In this document: positions 20,183 through 29,664 of the stretch, in pieces
Numbering within the stretch: position 1 is the stretch's first letter
Layout: each line of letters begins with the position of its first letter
NCBI GenBank assembly: GCA_963848135.1
Contig: CAWKCK010000017.1
Location: 1,148,538-1,212,537, forward strand
Source of the DNA: an uncultured delta proteobacterium
GTDB lineage: Bacteria > Desulfobacterota > Desulfobacteria > Desulfobacterales > SG8-13
Direction: 5' to 3'
Length of the DNA: 64,000 nucleotides
Program-made: the position numbers and the translations under genes
Notes under the pieces: model-generated
The model's input: only the letters and a program-made list of their open reading frames with translations
What the model was told of the DNA's origin: nothing
Database searches by the model: none

Positions 20183-20716
20183 TTAGAATTCAATTCCAGC
20201 CTGCGCTCTCATTCCCGAACTAAACGGATGATAGATCTCTTTCATTTCAGTCACGATGTCTGCCGTATTTATTATATTGGAAGATGCGCTACGCCCTGTG
20301 AGCACCACATGTAAATCAAGCGGTTTTGATTTTAAGATACGATATAGTTCATTGTTTATTAATAGACCAAAATCAATCGCTACAAAAATTTCATCCAAAA
20401 CTACCATCTCATAATGAGAATTTAATACCGCTGACCGAAAACACTTGAGCCCTTCATTCGCAAGGTAAATATCCAGGGGTTCGCAAGCTCTTGATTGTAC
20501 AAATCCTGGGCGCCCAAATCTTTTAATATCAATTGGGAGATGACACTGGTCAAAGGCCTTTAACTCACCGATATTCGATTGCCCTTTCATAAATTGAATG
20601 ATCAGGACATTCAATCCTTGACCTGCTGCTCTCAGGGCCAAACCAATTGCTGCAGTAGTTTTCCCTTTCCCGTCTCCTGTAAAAACAATATTTAGACCTC
20701 GACGAATATTGTTCAT
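20183..20716 (-). CDS. cobO: Cob(I)alamin adenosyltransferase (CobO/BtuR family)
   Basis: TGDGKGKTTAA, QFMKG, LDEI, VLTGR, ADIVTEM..HPF..GIEF. Confidence 0.9.
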   Translation of the reverse strand: MNNIRRGLNIVFTGDGKGKTTAAIGLALRAAGQGLNVLIIQFMKGQSNIGELKAFDQCHLPIDIKRFGRPGFVQSRACEPLDIYLANEGLKCFRSAVLNSHYEMVVLDEIFVAIDFGLLINNELYRILKSKPLDLHVVLTGRSASSNIINTADIVTEMKEIYHPFSSGMRAQAGIEF

Positions 20717-20915
20717 AGTATACTCCTTATCAAGTATACTTCAGATAAAATATTCGAATGGAGGTCTCACTGTTATTCTTGGGTTTTTTATTTAATCAAC
20801 AACAAGGCAACATCTCTCAAAAATTAAACATCTTTGCTTCGGCAGCCAAATCTATCAAATGAGGACCTCCATCCAATATCATATTTGGGAAGAATTTTGC
20901 TTCGTCAACCGTAGG

Positions 20916-21221
20916 TTACATATATTTTAATCCCATTTTATAATTTAATCCCTTCTCATCTATAACTTCCTCGACCCAGCGGACTTCTGTTAACCCTGTG
21001 GAACGAACATATTCTTCATGCCCATATGTAAAATTACGTATACGAACAATGAGATAAGCCCCCTTTTTAACCACTTTTGGCGATACAAGGACCAGACCTT
21101 CTTTACTGCACTTGATCATGTTGGCATTGAAGACGTCACTTCGCCCGGTGAGTTTGATACATTCGGCTTGGATGTCGCATGCTGTGTCGCAATTCGCCAA
21201 TATTTTAGCACCATGGTCCAT
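20916..21221 (-). CDS. PilZ-like beta-barrel protein lacking the RxxxR motif
   Basis: MIKCSKEGL..EVRWVE..YKMGLKY pattern; ATG 21221 after GAGGG. Confidence 0.5.
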   Translation of the reverse strand: MDHGAKILANCDTACDIQAECIKLTGRSDVFNANMIKCSKEGLVLVSPKVVKKGAYLIVRIRNFTYGHEEYVRSTGLTEVRWVEEVIDEKGLNYKMGLKYM

Positions 21222-21256
21222 ACCACCCTCCCTGATACTCTGTCCTTTGGTACGTA

Positions 21257-21622
21257 TTACACTGGCATTTCTCTTTTGGCTTTCTTTGAATTGTATCCTG
21301 GCATCTGGAAGCATTTATCCGCCAGATGCCCCTTTATGTATGCATTTAAAACATCCTCCAAATTCCCACAAATGAACCCGATAACCCTGACACCTGTGAC
21401 ATTAATGGCGGTCTCCATTGGACGCGAAACAGCACCACACAGAAGTACATGTACGCCAAGGCGGTAGACTTCTCGCGCTCGCTCGAACGGCCCGCGACAT
21501 TTCAGAACGTTGTCTTGCCGATTTAATTCTCTGCCGTTTTTGATATCGACCAGTAGCAACCTGTCGGAAACGTCAAACACGGGGGAAATTCGGTTTTCCC
21601 AATGCGCAATAGCGATTTTCAT
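21257..21622 (-). CDS. NifB/NifX (dinitrogenase Fe-Mo cofactor biosynthesis domain; Orange-protein-like) family protein
   Basis: MKIAIAHWENRISPVFD, VLLCGAVS, FICGN..FQMPG. Confidence 0.85.
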   Translation of the reverse strand: MKIAIAHWENRISPVFDVSDRLLLVDIKNGRELNRQDNVLKCRGPFERAREVYRLGVHVLLCGAVSRPMETAINVTGVRVIGFICGNLEDVLNAYIKGHLADKCFQMPGYNSKKAKREMPV

Positions 21623-21635
21623 AGCCAACATTAAC

Positions 21636-21651
21636 AGCAAACGCCATGCCA
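21636..21651 (-). promoter_or_regulatory. sigma-54 promoter of the NifB/NifX gene (near-leaderless transcript predicted)
   Basis: Minus strand TGGCATggcgtTTGCt. Confidence 0.75.
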
Positions 21652-21723
21652 AAATCGGAAGAGTTGTAAAAGAGTTAATTTATAATATAATTAAGAAAAT
21701 ATGACGAAGTCAGTCGTTGACAG

Positions 21724-21773
21724 CAACATTGCATTATGCAATGTTGAGCCATAAAAAGTTTTGCAAATTGCAA
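21724..21773. promoter_or_regulatory. Two TTGCA-N3-TGCAA palindromes (candidate UAS)
   Basis: CAACATTGCA-tta-TGCAATGTTG at 21724-21746; TTGCA-aat-TGCAA at 21761-21773. Confidence 0.65.
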
Positions 21774-21805
21774 GAATTAGATCTAGCAGGCCGAGACTGC
21801 AGAAA

Positions 21806-23161
21806 ATGAGCGAAAATACTGACAAACGGGCTCACGAGGTTATTCTGGATTCAATCAACGAAGGCGTGTTCACCGTTGACATGGATTGGCGGATCACCTC
21901 GTTTAACCGGGCCGCCGAGCGAATCACCCAGACGACTCGCAACGAAGTTCTCGGTAAAGCCTGTTGTGATGTGTTTCACGCCAATGTGTGTGAAAAAAAC
22001 TGCGCGTTGCGCCGAACGTTTCACACGGGTAAACCGGTTATAAACGCTACGGCTCACATTATCAATCGTCAGGGACAGCGCGTTCCGATAAGTATTTCCA
22101 CTGCTATTCTTTGTGATGATGGCGGCAAGGTCATCGGTGGTGTCGAGACCTTCCGGGATCTCAGTCAGGTGGAACAGCTGCAGAAACAGCTTAAAAATCG
22201 CTTTACATTTGAGGACATTATTGGCCGCAGCGCCGCGATGGTGCAGCTCTTCGAATTACTACCTCAAATCGCCGAAAGCAGCAGCACGGTTTTAATCGAG
22301 GGCCCGAGCGGAACAGGAAAGGAATTATTCGCCCGAGCGATACACAACCTGTCTCCACGTCGCAAAAGTCGATTCGTTCCGGTGAATTGCGCCGCGTTGC
22401 CTGATTCTTTGCTGGAAAGCGAATTGTTCGGGCACAGAGCCGGGGCTTTTACGGATGCCAAACGTGATAAGCCGGGGCGCTTTGCGCTGGCTGATGGCGG
22501 GACGATATTTCTGGACGAGATCGGTGATATATCGCCGGCACTTCAAGTACGATTCCTGCGGGTACTACAGGATCGAATCGTAGAGCCGTTGGGGGCAGTG
22601 GAGCCGCTTCGGGTAAATGTTAGGGTCGTTGCTGCAACCAACCGTGACCTGGGCGAGCTGGTGAAGAACAGCCTGTTTCGCGACGACCTGTATTACCGCA
22701 TTCGGGTCATTCATTTGGTACTGCCAGCACTATATCAACGCCGGGAAGACATTCCGCTGCTCACCGACCATATCATTGCTAAATTCAATCGTCTTCAAGA
22801 TAAAGACATCGCTGGGGTCTCCGTCGAGGCCATGGCCCGCCTTATGGAACATGATTTTCCCGGAAATGTTCGCGAGCTTGAAAATATTATTGAGCAGGCT
22901 TTCGTCTTGTGTCGCGGTGGAATGATCGAACGTCATCACCTGCCACCGGAACTTCGCGAAAGCCAATATGCTTCGATTGAGGACGTCCACCCAAAGAGTC
23001 TGCGGACCATGGAGAAATTGCTGATTGCTGAAGTACTGCAAAGGCGCAAAGGCAATCGCAAGCTGTCTGCCAGGGATCTGGATATAGACGTTAGCACGCT
23101 TTACCGCAAGATAAAGGCTTTAGGCATTGATGTGCCCGGTTCGGATGGTCGCAACCGTTAA
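21806..23161 (+). CDS. OrpR-like single-PAS sigma-54 activator (Cx8Cx3C)
   Basis: CCDVFHANVCEKNC, GPSGTGKE, GAFTDA, FPGNVREL, LDIDVSTLYRK; divergent from the NifB/NifX gene; ATG 21806 preferred. Confidence 0.9.
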   Translation: MSENTDKRAHEVILDSINEGVFTVDMDWRITSFNRAAERITQTTRNEVLGKACCDVFHANVCEKNCALRRTFHTGKPVINATAHIINRQGQRVPISISTAILCDDGGKVIGGVETFRDLSQVEQLQKQLKNRFTFEDIIGRSAAMVQLFELLPQIAESSSTVLIEGPSGTGKELFARAIHNLSPRRKSRFVPVNCAALPDSLLESELFGHRAGAFTDAKRDKPGRFALADGGTIFLDEIGDISPALQVRFLRVLQDRIVEPLGAVEPLRVNVRVVAATNRDLGELVKNSLFRDDLYYRIRVIHLVLPALYQRREDIPLLTDHIIAKFNRLQDKDIAGVSVEAMARLMEHDFPGNVRELENIIEQAFVLCRGGMIERHHLPPELRESQYASIEDVHPKSLRTMEKLLIAEVLQRRKGNRKLSARDLDIDVSTLYRKIKALGIDVPGSDGRNR

Positions 23162-23167
23162 AGTAGT

Positions 23168-23182
23168 ATTGCAACTTGCAAT
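23168..23182. promoter_or_regulatory. ATTGCA-N3-TGCAAT palindrome (candidate UAS for cooS)
   Basis: attgcaacttgcaat about 100 bp upstream of the sigma-54 promoter at 23280. Confidence 0.6.
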
Positions 23183-23279
23183 GTTATACCGCCCTCATCA
23201 GCCTATCGGTTTACTGTGTTCTTCTCAATTCACCCGATTACAACATAGATTTAGATGTTTAGCCCTCCTGATGCCCTTG

Positions 23280-23295
23280 TGGCATGCTCCTTGCT
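23280..23295 (+). promoter_or_regulatory. sigma-54 promoter of cooS
   Basis: TGGCATgctccTTGCt. Confidence 0.8.
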
Positions 23296-23338
23296 CAATT
23301 AATTTATAGACGGACCTTCCCCCAGTAATGGTTTGGCC

Positions 23339-23424
23339 ATTGGTCCTGTTCTACCGCCTACCTTTCTCGGTTCGTTGGCTTAATTATTGGTCACGAACCG
23401 AAAGGAGCGGGGCCAATCGTTTTT
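23339..23424 (+). other. Long hairpin followed by a T-run in the cooS leader
   Basis: attggtcctgttc pairs with gagcggggccaat; cctttc(t)cggttcgt pairs with acgaaccgaaagg; then cgttttt. Confidence 0.5.
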
Positions 23425-23673
23425 GAACTGCCCTCATGCGGTGTCGTCGACGGTGCACAATATTTACCATTCTCCCATGATTGCAATCGGGTGTGCCATA
23501 TCCGGTAACCGCTGAATTGAGCCCGAATAGATATATCGCGTTACGCTTCACTGCTCTGATATCAAGAGAAGAATAATGAAAGCCGGGCCGGAAGGACGTT
23601 GAGCCTGGATAGGCTATCTAAAAATTTTATTATTTCTTGATAATTCACCATATAACCGAAGGAGGGCTGTCAA

Positions 23674-25704
23674 ATGCCAATCGAAAAAAATATTACGAAG
23701 GGTAAAACTCCGAAACTCGCCGATCCGATAGCTGCCTCAGTTGATCCGGCGACGCAACAGATGATTGAGCGCGCACATGAACTCAATGTCGAAACCGCAT
23801 TTGACAGAGCGGTAGCTATGAAACCCTGCGCCATCGGATCTCAGGGGACCTGTTGTAAGAATTGCGGAATGGGTCCCTGCCGTTTGCCGTTGCCGAAAGC
23901 CGGAATTGAAGGAGAAGACGAGCGCAAGGGAATTTGTGGCGCTACGGCGAACACCGTGGCCGCCCGCAACTTCATCCGTATGATTGCTGGAGGCGCAGCG
24001 GCCCACTCAGACCACGGTCGATGTGTCGCCGAGATATTCCTGACCGCAGCCCGCAAGGAAACCGAGGATTACAAGATTAAGGACCGAATCAAATTGGTAG
24101 AAGTAGCTGAATGGTTGGGTGTTCCAACAAAAGTCACCGTCGACGGACAAGAACTCGATCGCGACCTCGACGAGGTGGCCGTAGACGTCGGTGAAAAGGC
24201 ACTCAACGAGTGGGGCAAAGCCGAAGGCGAAGTGTGTTTTACACAAAGAGCGCCCAAGGCCCGTTACGACATCTGGAAAAAACACGGTGTCGTACCTCGG
24301 AATATCGACCGTGAAATCGTCGAGATCATGCACCGGACCCACATAGGGGTAGACCAGGATTACCGCAACCTCATTAAGCAAGGGACTCGGGCGGCCATCG
24401 CCGATGGCTGGGGAGGCTCGATGTTGGCCACCGAGCTCCAGGACATCCTCTTCGGGACCCCGTATCCGCTGGTCGGTGAAGCCAACCTTGGTGTCATGAA
24501 AGAAGACATGGTCAATATTGTGATTCACGGCCATGAACCGGTGCTGTCGGAGATGATCGTTGCGGCAGCCAGCTCCAAAGAGATGCACGATTATGCATGC
24601 TCGAAGGGTGCTCGCGGCATCCAGCTGTCCGGCATTTGCTGCACCGCAAACGAAATACTCCAGCGACATGGTGTTCCGCTTTGTGGCACTTTTCTGCAAC
24701 AAGAACTGGCGATTATCACCGGTGCCTGCGATGCCATGGTGGTCGACATTCAGTGTATTTTTCAGAACCTTGCCAACGTTGCTAAATGTTTTCACACCAA
24801 ATTGATCACTACCCATCCAATTGCGCGGATGGAGCAAGAAAATGTTATCCATATTGAATTCGACGAACACTATGCCATGGAGGACGCCAAGCGGATTGTC
24901 AAAATGGCGGTGGACAACTTCCAAAACCGTAGTGTGGAAGTAATGATTCCAAAACAAAAATCCACCATGGTGGCGGGGTTTGGGGTGGAGGCAATCGAGT
25001 ATCACCTCGGCGGCACGTTTCGCGGCTCGTATAAACCATTAAACGACAATATCATCAACGGGCGCATCCGTGGTATCGGCGGCGTTGTCGGTTGCAACAA
25101 TGCCAGAACCCGCCACAACGATGCGCACCTGCAGGTTGTAAAAGAACTCATTAAAAATGACGTCATCGTCTTAACGACCGGCTGCAATGGCATCGCCTGC
25201 GCAATGGAGGGTTTGCTGACTCCGGAATCAGCAAGCGTATACTGCGGACCAGGCCTTGCCGAGGTCTGTGAAACCGTCGGTATTCCGCCTGTGCTTCATT
25301 TGGGATCATGTGTCGATAACAGCCGTATCCTTCTGGCTGCAACGGAAGTCGTCAAAGCCGGCGGATTGGGAAACGACATCAGCGATCTTCCGGCAGCAGG
25401 AAGTGCGCCGGAGTGGATGAGTGAAAAGGCTATCAGCATTGGACACTATTTTGTGGCTTCAGGTGTATACACGATTTTCGGTGTCACCTTACCGGTGTCG
25501 GGAGCGCCGGTGTTTCAGAGGTATCTGTTCGAAGAGTTCGAAAAACTCTACGGCGGAATGTGGGACCTCGAGGTCGATCCTATTCGTCATGCCCAAAAGA
25601 TGATCGCCCATATCGACAAGAAGCGCAAAGCCCTCGGAATCGACAAGGCCAGAGGGAGAATACTGTTTGATATGGCCGCCCGCCGCGAGATGGCAACGGC
25701 TTAG
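23674..25704 (+). CDS. cooS: Anaerobic Ni-Fe carbon monoxide dehydrogenase catalytic subunit
   Basis: PCAIGSQGTCCKNCGMGPCR, AAHSDHG, HGHEP, GICCT, GCNN, TGCNG, GSCVDNSR, SEKA. Confidence 0.96.
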   Translation: MPIEKNITKGKTPKLADPIAASVDPATQQMIERAHELNVETAFDRAVAMKPCAIGSQGTCCKNCGMGPCRLPLPKAGIEGEDERKGICGATANTVAARNFIRMIAGGAAAHSDHGRCVAEIFLTAARKETEDYKIKDRIKLVEVAEWLGVPTKVTVDGQELDRDLDEVAVDVGEKALNEWGKAEGEVCFTQRAPKARYDIWKKHGVVPRNIDREIVEIMHRTHIGVDQDYRNLIKQGTRAAIADGWGGSMLATELQDILFGTPYPLVGEANLGVMKEDMVNIVIHGHEPVLSEMIVAAASSKEMHDYACSKGARGIQLSGICCTANEILQRHGVPLCGTFLQQELAIITGACDAMVVDIQCIFQNLANVAKCFHTKLITTHPIARMEQENVIHIEFDEHYAMEDAKRIVKMAVDNFQNRSVEVMIPKQKSTMVAGFGVEAIEYHLGGTFRGSYKPLNDNIINGRIRGIGGVVGCNNARTRHNDAHLQVVKELIKNDVIVLTTGCNGIACAMEGLLTPESASVYCGPGLAEVCETVGIPPVLHLGSCVDNSRILLAATEVVKAGGLGNDISDLPAAGSAPEWMSEKAISIGHYFVASGVYTIFGVTLPVSGAPVFQRYLFEEFEKLYGGMWDLEVDPIRHAQKMIAHIDKKRKALGIDKARGRILFDMAARREMATA

Positions 25705-25891
25705 GCACGCACACGGAAATTTCGCATACAAGGGGGAATTGCCAAGCGATACTGATACGGTGTGCAGGATGGTAAATTTCGACTATGAATGACCAACGAA
25801 CAACTCTGCAGCAACCTCAGAGAATTTTCATAGGTATGATGTTTCTTCGAGTTGTTGATACCGGTACAAGAGGAAGTTGCGAAGGCCGAAT

Positions 25892-27631
25892 CTAAGACGG
25901 TGTCAGTTTGTATTTTTTCATCTTACGCCAAAGGGTGGTCCGGTCTATACCTAGTTCGCGGGCAGCATGCTGTCGGTGCCAGTTATGCTGGTGGAGGGCA
26001 CGGTGAATCCTATCGATTTCCTCTGTTAGTGTACTTTCTTGGTCTTCGCGAACCGGCGGAGGCTGTCGCTGGAAACGGTCTCGGCCCTGGAGTGAGTCAG
26101 GCAGATGCCGCGGCTCGATAATGTCCCCCTGACAGATGATCAAAGCATGTTCGAGAATGTTCTCCAACTCGCGGACATTGCCGGGGTAATCGTAATTGAG
26201 CAACAGTTCCAAAGTCCCCGTCGATAACTTCATGCGACGGTCATCTCTGGCTGCACACAATTTGCGAAGGATATGATGAATCAACAATGGTAGATCGACC
26301 CGACGGTCTTTGAGGTCCGGAAGCCAGATGCGAAAAACGTTAAGCCGGTAATAAAGGTCTTCCCGAAAAAGCCTTTTCCCAACCATGTTTGCCAAATCCT
26401 GATTGGTGGCCGATATGATCCGGACGTCAACTTTCTGTGTTTGGCGGCTGCCGAGGGGATAAAACTCTCTGTCCTCGAGCACCCGCAGCAACTTGGCCTG
26501 AAGCGACAGCGGCAAATCGCCGATTTCGTCCAGAAAAATCGTCCCGCCGTCGGCCTCATTGAATCGTCCGGGTTTGTCCCGCTCGGCACCGGTGAAGGCC
26601 CCTTTTACGTAGCCGAATATTTCCGACTCGAGCAAATTGTCGGGGATCGCCGCGCAGTTTACCTTCACAAAAGGCCTGTGCAGTCGTTGACTGGCGGCGT
26701 GAATCACCTTTGCCAGAAGATCTTTTCCCGTTCCGGTGGATCCCTCTAACAAAATAGTGGAATCGGTGGCCGCCACAACGCCAACCGTCTCGAAAATACG
26801 CTGCATGACGGGATCTCTGCCGATCATATCCTGAAAGGTATATCGCTCTCTGATGGCCTGATCCAGTTGCCGCATCAGGGTCAGATCGTGGAAAGTTGCC
26901 AGCCCGCCGACAATGGTGCCCTTTTCGTTTCTCAGCGCCATGTATTTGGCCCGCACGGGGATCGTCTCGCCATTTTTGGTTGCCATCATCCCCTGGCGGC
27001 TGTTGCGGCTGGTGCCGTCAGCAATCGACTCCTTCAGCAGGCAAAGATCTTGGTCCGCCACGCCTTCGAATATGGCCGAGCACGGCTTGCCGATCACCTG
27101 ACGTCGATCGAATCCAGAAATCTTCTCGGCTTCGCGATTGAAAAAGGTCATATACCCGCCGCGATTGACGGTAAAAACACCGACATCCAGGTTGTTCAGT
27201 ATCAACTTCATACTGCGCTCTTCATAATGAATGCGGTTGATCAGATCGGCAATCGGTGAGTGATCCTGCAGAATCGTCAAACAGCCGATCACATTGCACC
27301 GGGCGTCATAAATCGGTGTGGCCAGCCGGGTGAGAAGGTGTTTGGTCTCCGATTCGTTTATGAATTCCACGTCGGGTTCGTCTGTAACCGGATCGTCGCC
27401 GTGTTCTATCGCACAGTTGACCATGCACGGCACACCGGTAAAAACCTCGCGGCAGTCCCGACCGATGACCTCGTTTTCCTTTAAGCCCATCAGCGCCTGG
27501 GCGCTGTAGTTAATGGATGAAATCTGGTGGTCGAAATTGACCGTGAAGGCCCCGATGTTCAATTCATCGAGCAACATGAGCCATTGGTCGCAACGGATAG
27601 TGGCATCGCCAGATTTGGGCAGATTGGTCAT
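25892..27631 (-). CDS. PAS-PAS sigma-54-dependent activator (Cx8Cx3C in PAS1)
   Basis: CREVFTGVPCMVNC, GSTGTGKD, GAFTGA, YPGNVREL, LGIDRTTLWRK. Confidence 0.93.
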   Translation of the reverse strand: MTNLPKSGDATIRCDQWLMLLDELNIGAFTVNFDHQISSINYSAQALMGLKENEVIGRDCREVFTGVPCMVNCAIEHGDDPVTDEPDVEFINESETKHLLTRLATPIYDARCNVIGCLTILQDHSPIADLINRIHYEERSMKLILNNLDVGVFTVNRGGYMTFFNREAEKISGFDRRQVIGKPCSAIFEGVADQDLCLLKESIADGTSRNSRQGMMATKNGETIPVRAKYMALRNEKGTIVGGLATFHDLTLMRQLDQAIRERYTFQDMIGRDPVMQRIFETVGVVAATDSTILLEGSTGTGKDLLAKVIHAASQRLHRPFVKVNCAAIPDNLLESEIFGYVKGAFTGAERDKPGRFNEADGGTIFLDEIGDLPLSLQAKLLRVLEDREFYPLGSRQTQKVDVRIISATNQDLANMVGKRLFREDLYYRLNVFRIWLPDLKDRRVDLPLLIHHILRKLCAARDDRRMKLSTGTLELLLNYDYPGNVRELENILEHALIICQGDIIEPRHLPDSLQGRDRFQRQPPPVREDQESTLTEEIDRIHRALHQHNWHRQHAARELGIDRTTLWRKMKKYKLTPS

Positions 27632-27650
27632 GATTCAATCGCTTGAAAAA

Positions 27651-29204
27651 TTATTCACCGCTTGCCGGTAAGCGGATAGTAAAGACCGAACCGTCCCCTA
27701 TTTTACTGTCCACGGTTATCGTTCCCTTGTGATGCTCGACAATTCCGTAGACTGTCGAAAGCCCGAGGCCAACCCCGTAGCCTTCTTTTTTGGAGGTGAA
27801 AAAAGGGTCGAAAATGTGCGCCAGATCTTGTGGATAAATTCCCTGACCGGTATCTTTGACCGCAATCCAAACATCCGCTTTGCCGCTATTACTGCCGGCC
27901 GACACCTCCAGGTTACCGCCGCCGGGCATGGCATCGATGGCATTGAAGATCAGGTTAATGACGCACTGTTGCAATTGGTTAAAATCCCCCGACACCTGCG
28001 GCAGGCCGTTCGGCACCGATACTTCCAGGCTGATATCGCTCAATTCAATCTTATGCTGGCTCAAAAGGATGCTGCGCCGGATCAGCTCTTCCAGGCTGAC
28101 CAGACTGAACACCGGCGGGGACTTGCGCGAAAAGGTCAGCAGATTGGATATAATCTGGGAGCAGCGGCTGGTCTCTTGTTCGACCAGCTCGAGATAGCGC
28201 TTGAACGTCTGGTGTTGCTCTGCTTCCAGAGGGCCGCGATTGAGCGAACGGATCATCAACCGGACATAGTTCAAAATGCCGGTAAGCGGATTGTTGATTT
28301 CATGAACCACACTGGCTGCCAATCTGCCCAGGGACATCATCTTGTCCTGGTGCAAAATGCGGGCCTGATTGGCGATCTCTCTCTCGAGTTTGCGGGTTTC
28401 GCGAAGATCTCTAATGAAACACACCAATCCGTTTTCGTGGCCCTGATCCATCAGAACCGCAGCGGAAATCTGTACCGGAATTCTGCGATCATCGACTCCG
28501 ATAAGCGACGTTTCATGGAAGGCGAGCCGGTGTCTGCCACCGAATGCGGGTCCGGTCAAGGCCTCTCGAAACCGCTGCTCGCAATCGTCCGGGAAAAACC
28601 CGCTCAGCAACATGCAGCCGATAACATCCGTCCGGTCATATCCCGACATCTCTTCCATACTCCGATTGAAGGTCAAAACCAGGCCGTTTGGGTCGCAGGC
28701 CAGAATGCCGTCCATGGAGCTTTCGATCAGGTTCCTCTGGAAACGGATGTTCTTGAGAAGTTGTTGGCTGGTTTGCGCCTTTTCTTTCTCCAGCAAAGCG
28801 GTATAATCGGTAAGTTGTTTGCGGGAAGAATAACGCTCGCGGGCGCGCTTGAGGGCCATGTGAAGAGCGTCGTCGTCGATCGGCTTAGTGATAAAATCCG
28901 AAGCGTCGAGCTGAAGGGCGCGAATGGCCAGTTCCATTTCTCCAAAAGCGGTGGCGACGATGACCTCGATATCCGCGAAATTTTCTTTCAAGAATTCGAG
29001 GACCTGAATGCCGTCCATGCCCGGCATCCGGACATCGGTAATGACGATCTGTGGTAAAAATTCCTTGCAACGCTGGAGACCGGACGCACCGTCTTGGGCT
29101 GTAACCACTAGATAGCCGGCATCCTCAAGCGCCACGGTCATGACGTCGCGAATATCTTCCTCGTCATCGATAAGTACGATTTTCCAGCCAGAGATGTCGG
29201 TCAC
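27651..29204 (-). CDS. Cytoplasmic hybrid histidine kinase REC-PAS-HisKA-HATPase
   Basis: LIDDE..ITDVRMPGMDG..TAF..TKP; VVHEINNPL; NLIFNAIDA, DTGQG, FFTSK, GLGLS; GTG start 29204 after GGAGG; no transmembrane segment. Confidence 0.92.
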   Translation of the reverse strand: MTDISGWKIVLIDDEEDIRDVMTVALEDAGYLVVTAQDGASGLQRCKEFLPQIVITDVRMPGMDGIQVLEFLKENFADIEVIVATAFGEMELAIRALQLDASDFITKPIDDDALHMALKRARERYSSRKQLTDYTALLEKEKAQTSQQLLKNIRFQRNLIESSMDGILACDPNGLVLTFNRSMEEMSGYDRTDVIGCMLLSGFFPDDCEQRFREALTGPAFGGRHRLAFHETSLIGVDDRRIPVQISAAVLMDQGHENGLVCFIRDLRETRKLEREIANQARILHQDKMMSLGRLAASVVHEINNPLTGILNYVRLMIRSLNRGPLEAEQHQTFKRYLELVEQETSRCSQIISNLLTFSRKSPPVFSLVSLEELIRRSILLSQHKIELSDISLEVSVPNGLPQVSGDFNQLQQCVINLIFNAIDAMPGGGNLEVSAGSNSGKADVWIAVKDTGQGIYPQDLAHIFDPFFTSKKEGYGVGLGLSTVYGIVEHHKGTITVDSKIGDGSVFTIRLPASGE

Positions 29205-29439
29205 GGCGGTGCCTCCAGAGAGTCCGGGGCAGCATGCGATAAATGAGCTTTCATCTGACCGATAGCACACCCCTGGAAAAATGAAAAGAGAGGCTAACGG
29301 ATGCCGCACTCTCTGGCCCTGCGCTGCGCCTCTCTCTTAAGCCGCACCATTTGCGGGTGACTGCTGGTGTCGAGCTTACCCGACTGCGATGCCGCTCAAT
29401 GATCATCTTCATCTATAATTTTCATTCAAGATTCAGGTA

Positions 29440-29612
29440 TTAACAGGGTGATGAAAAACGTCATGAGCGCCGGCAAGACAAGGCAAATTCCGACGAAAAA
29501 GCGGAGTTTATGTGTGATAAATGAGCATTTTCGATGAAGCGGGGGTAGGGCCCCCCGGTTCAGCCATTAACGCCCTATTGTCAAGCGCAATAGTCTTTCA
29601 ACAGCCTGTGAA
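29440..29612. mobile_element. Possible MITE/ERIC-like non-coding element with imperfect terminal inverted repeats
   Basis: ttaacagggtgatgaaaaac ... gtctttcaacagcctgtgaa (16 of 20 complementary); no ORF. Confidence 0.45.
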
Positions 29613-29664
29613 TCGAACACGAGCAGGAGCGCTCTCTCTTGAGAGACCTCTTTTTGCAATATAT

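Noticed and set aside
19979..20314. 111-aa plus-strand ORF
   Set aside because: TTG start, overlaps cobO on the opposite strand, no recognisable motif
24007..25005. 332-aa minus-strand ORF
   Set aside because: Antisense shadow of cooS
27729..29057. 442-aa plus-strand ORF
   Set aside because: Antisense shadow of the hybrid kinase
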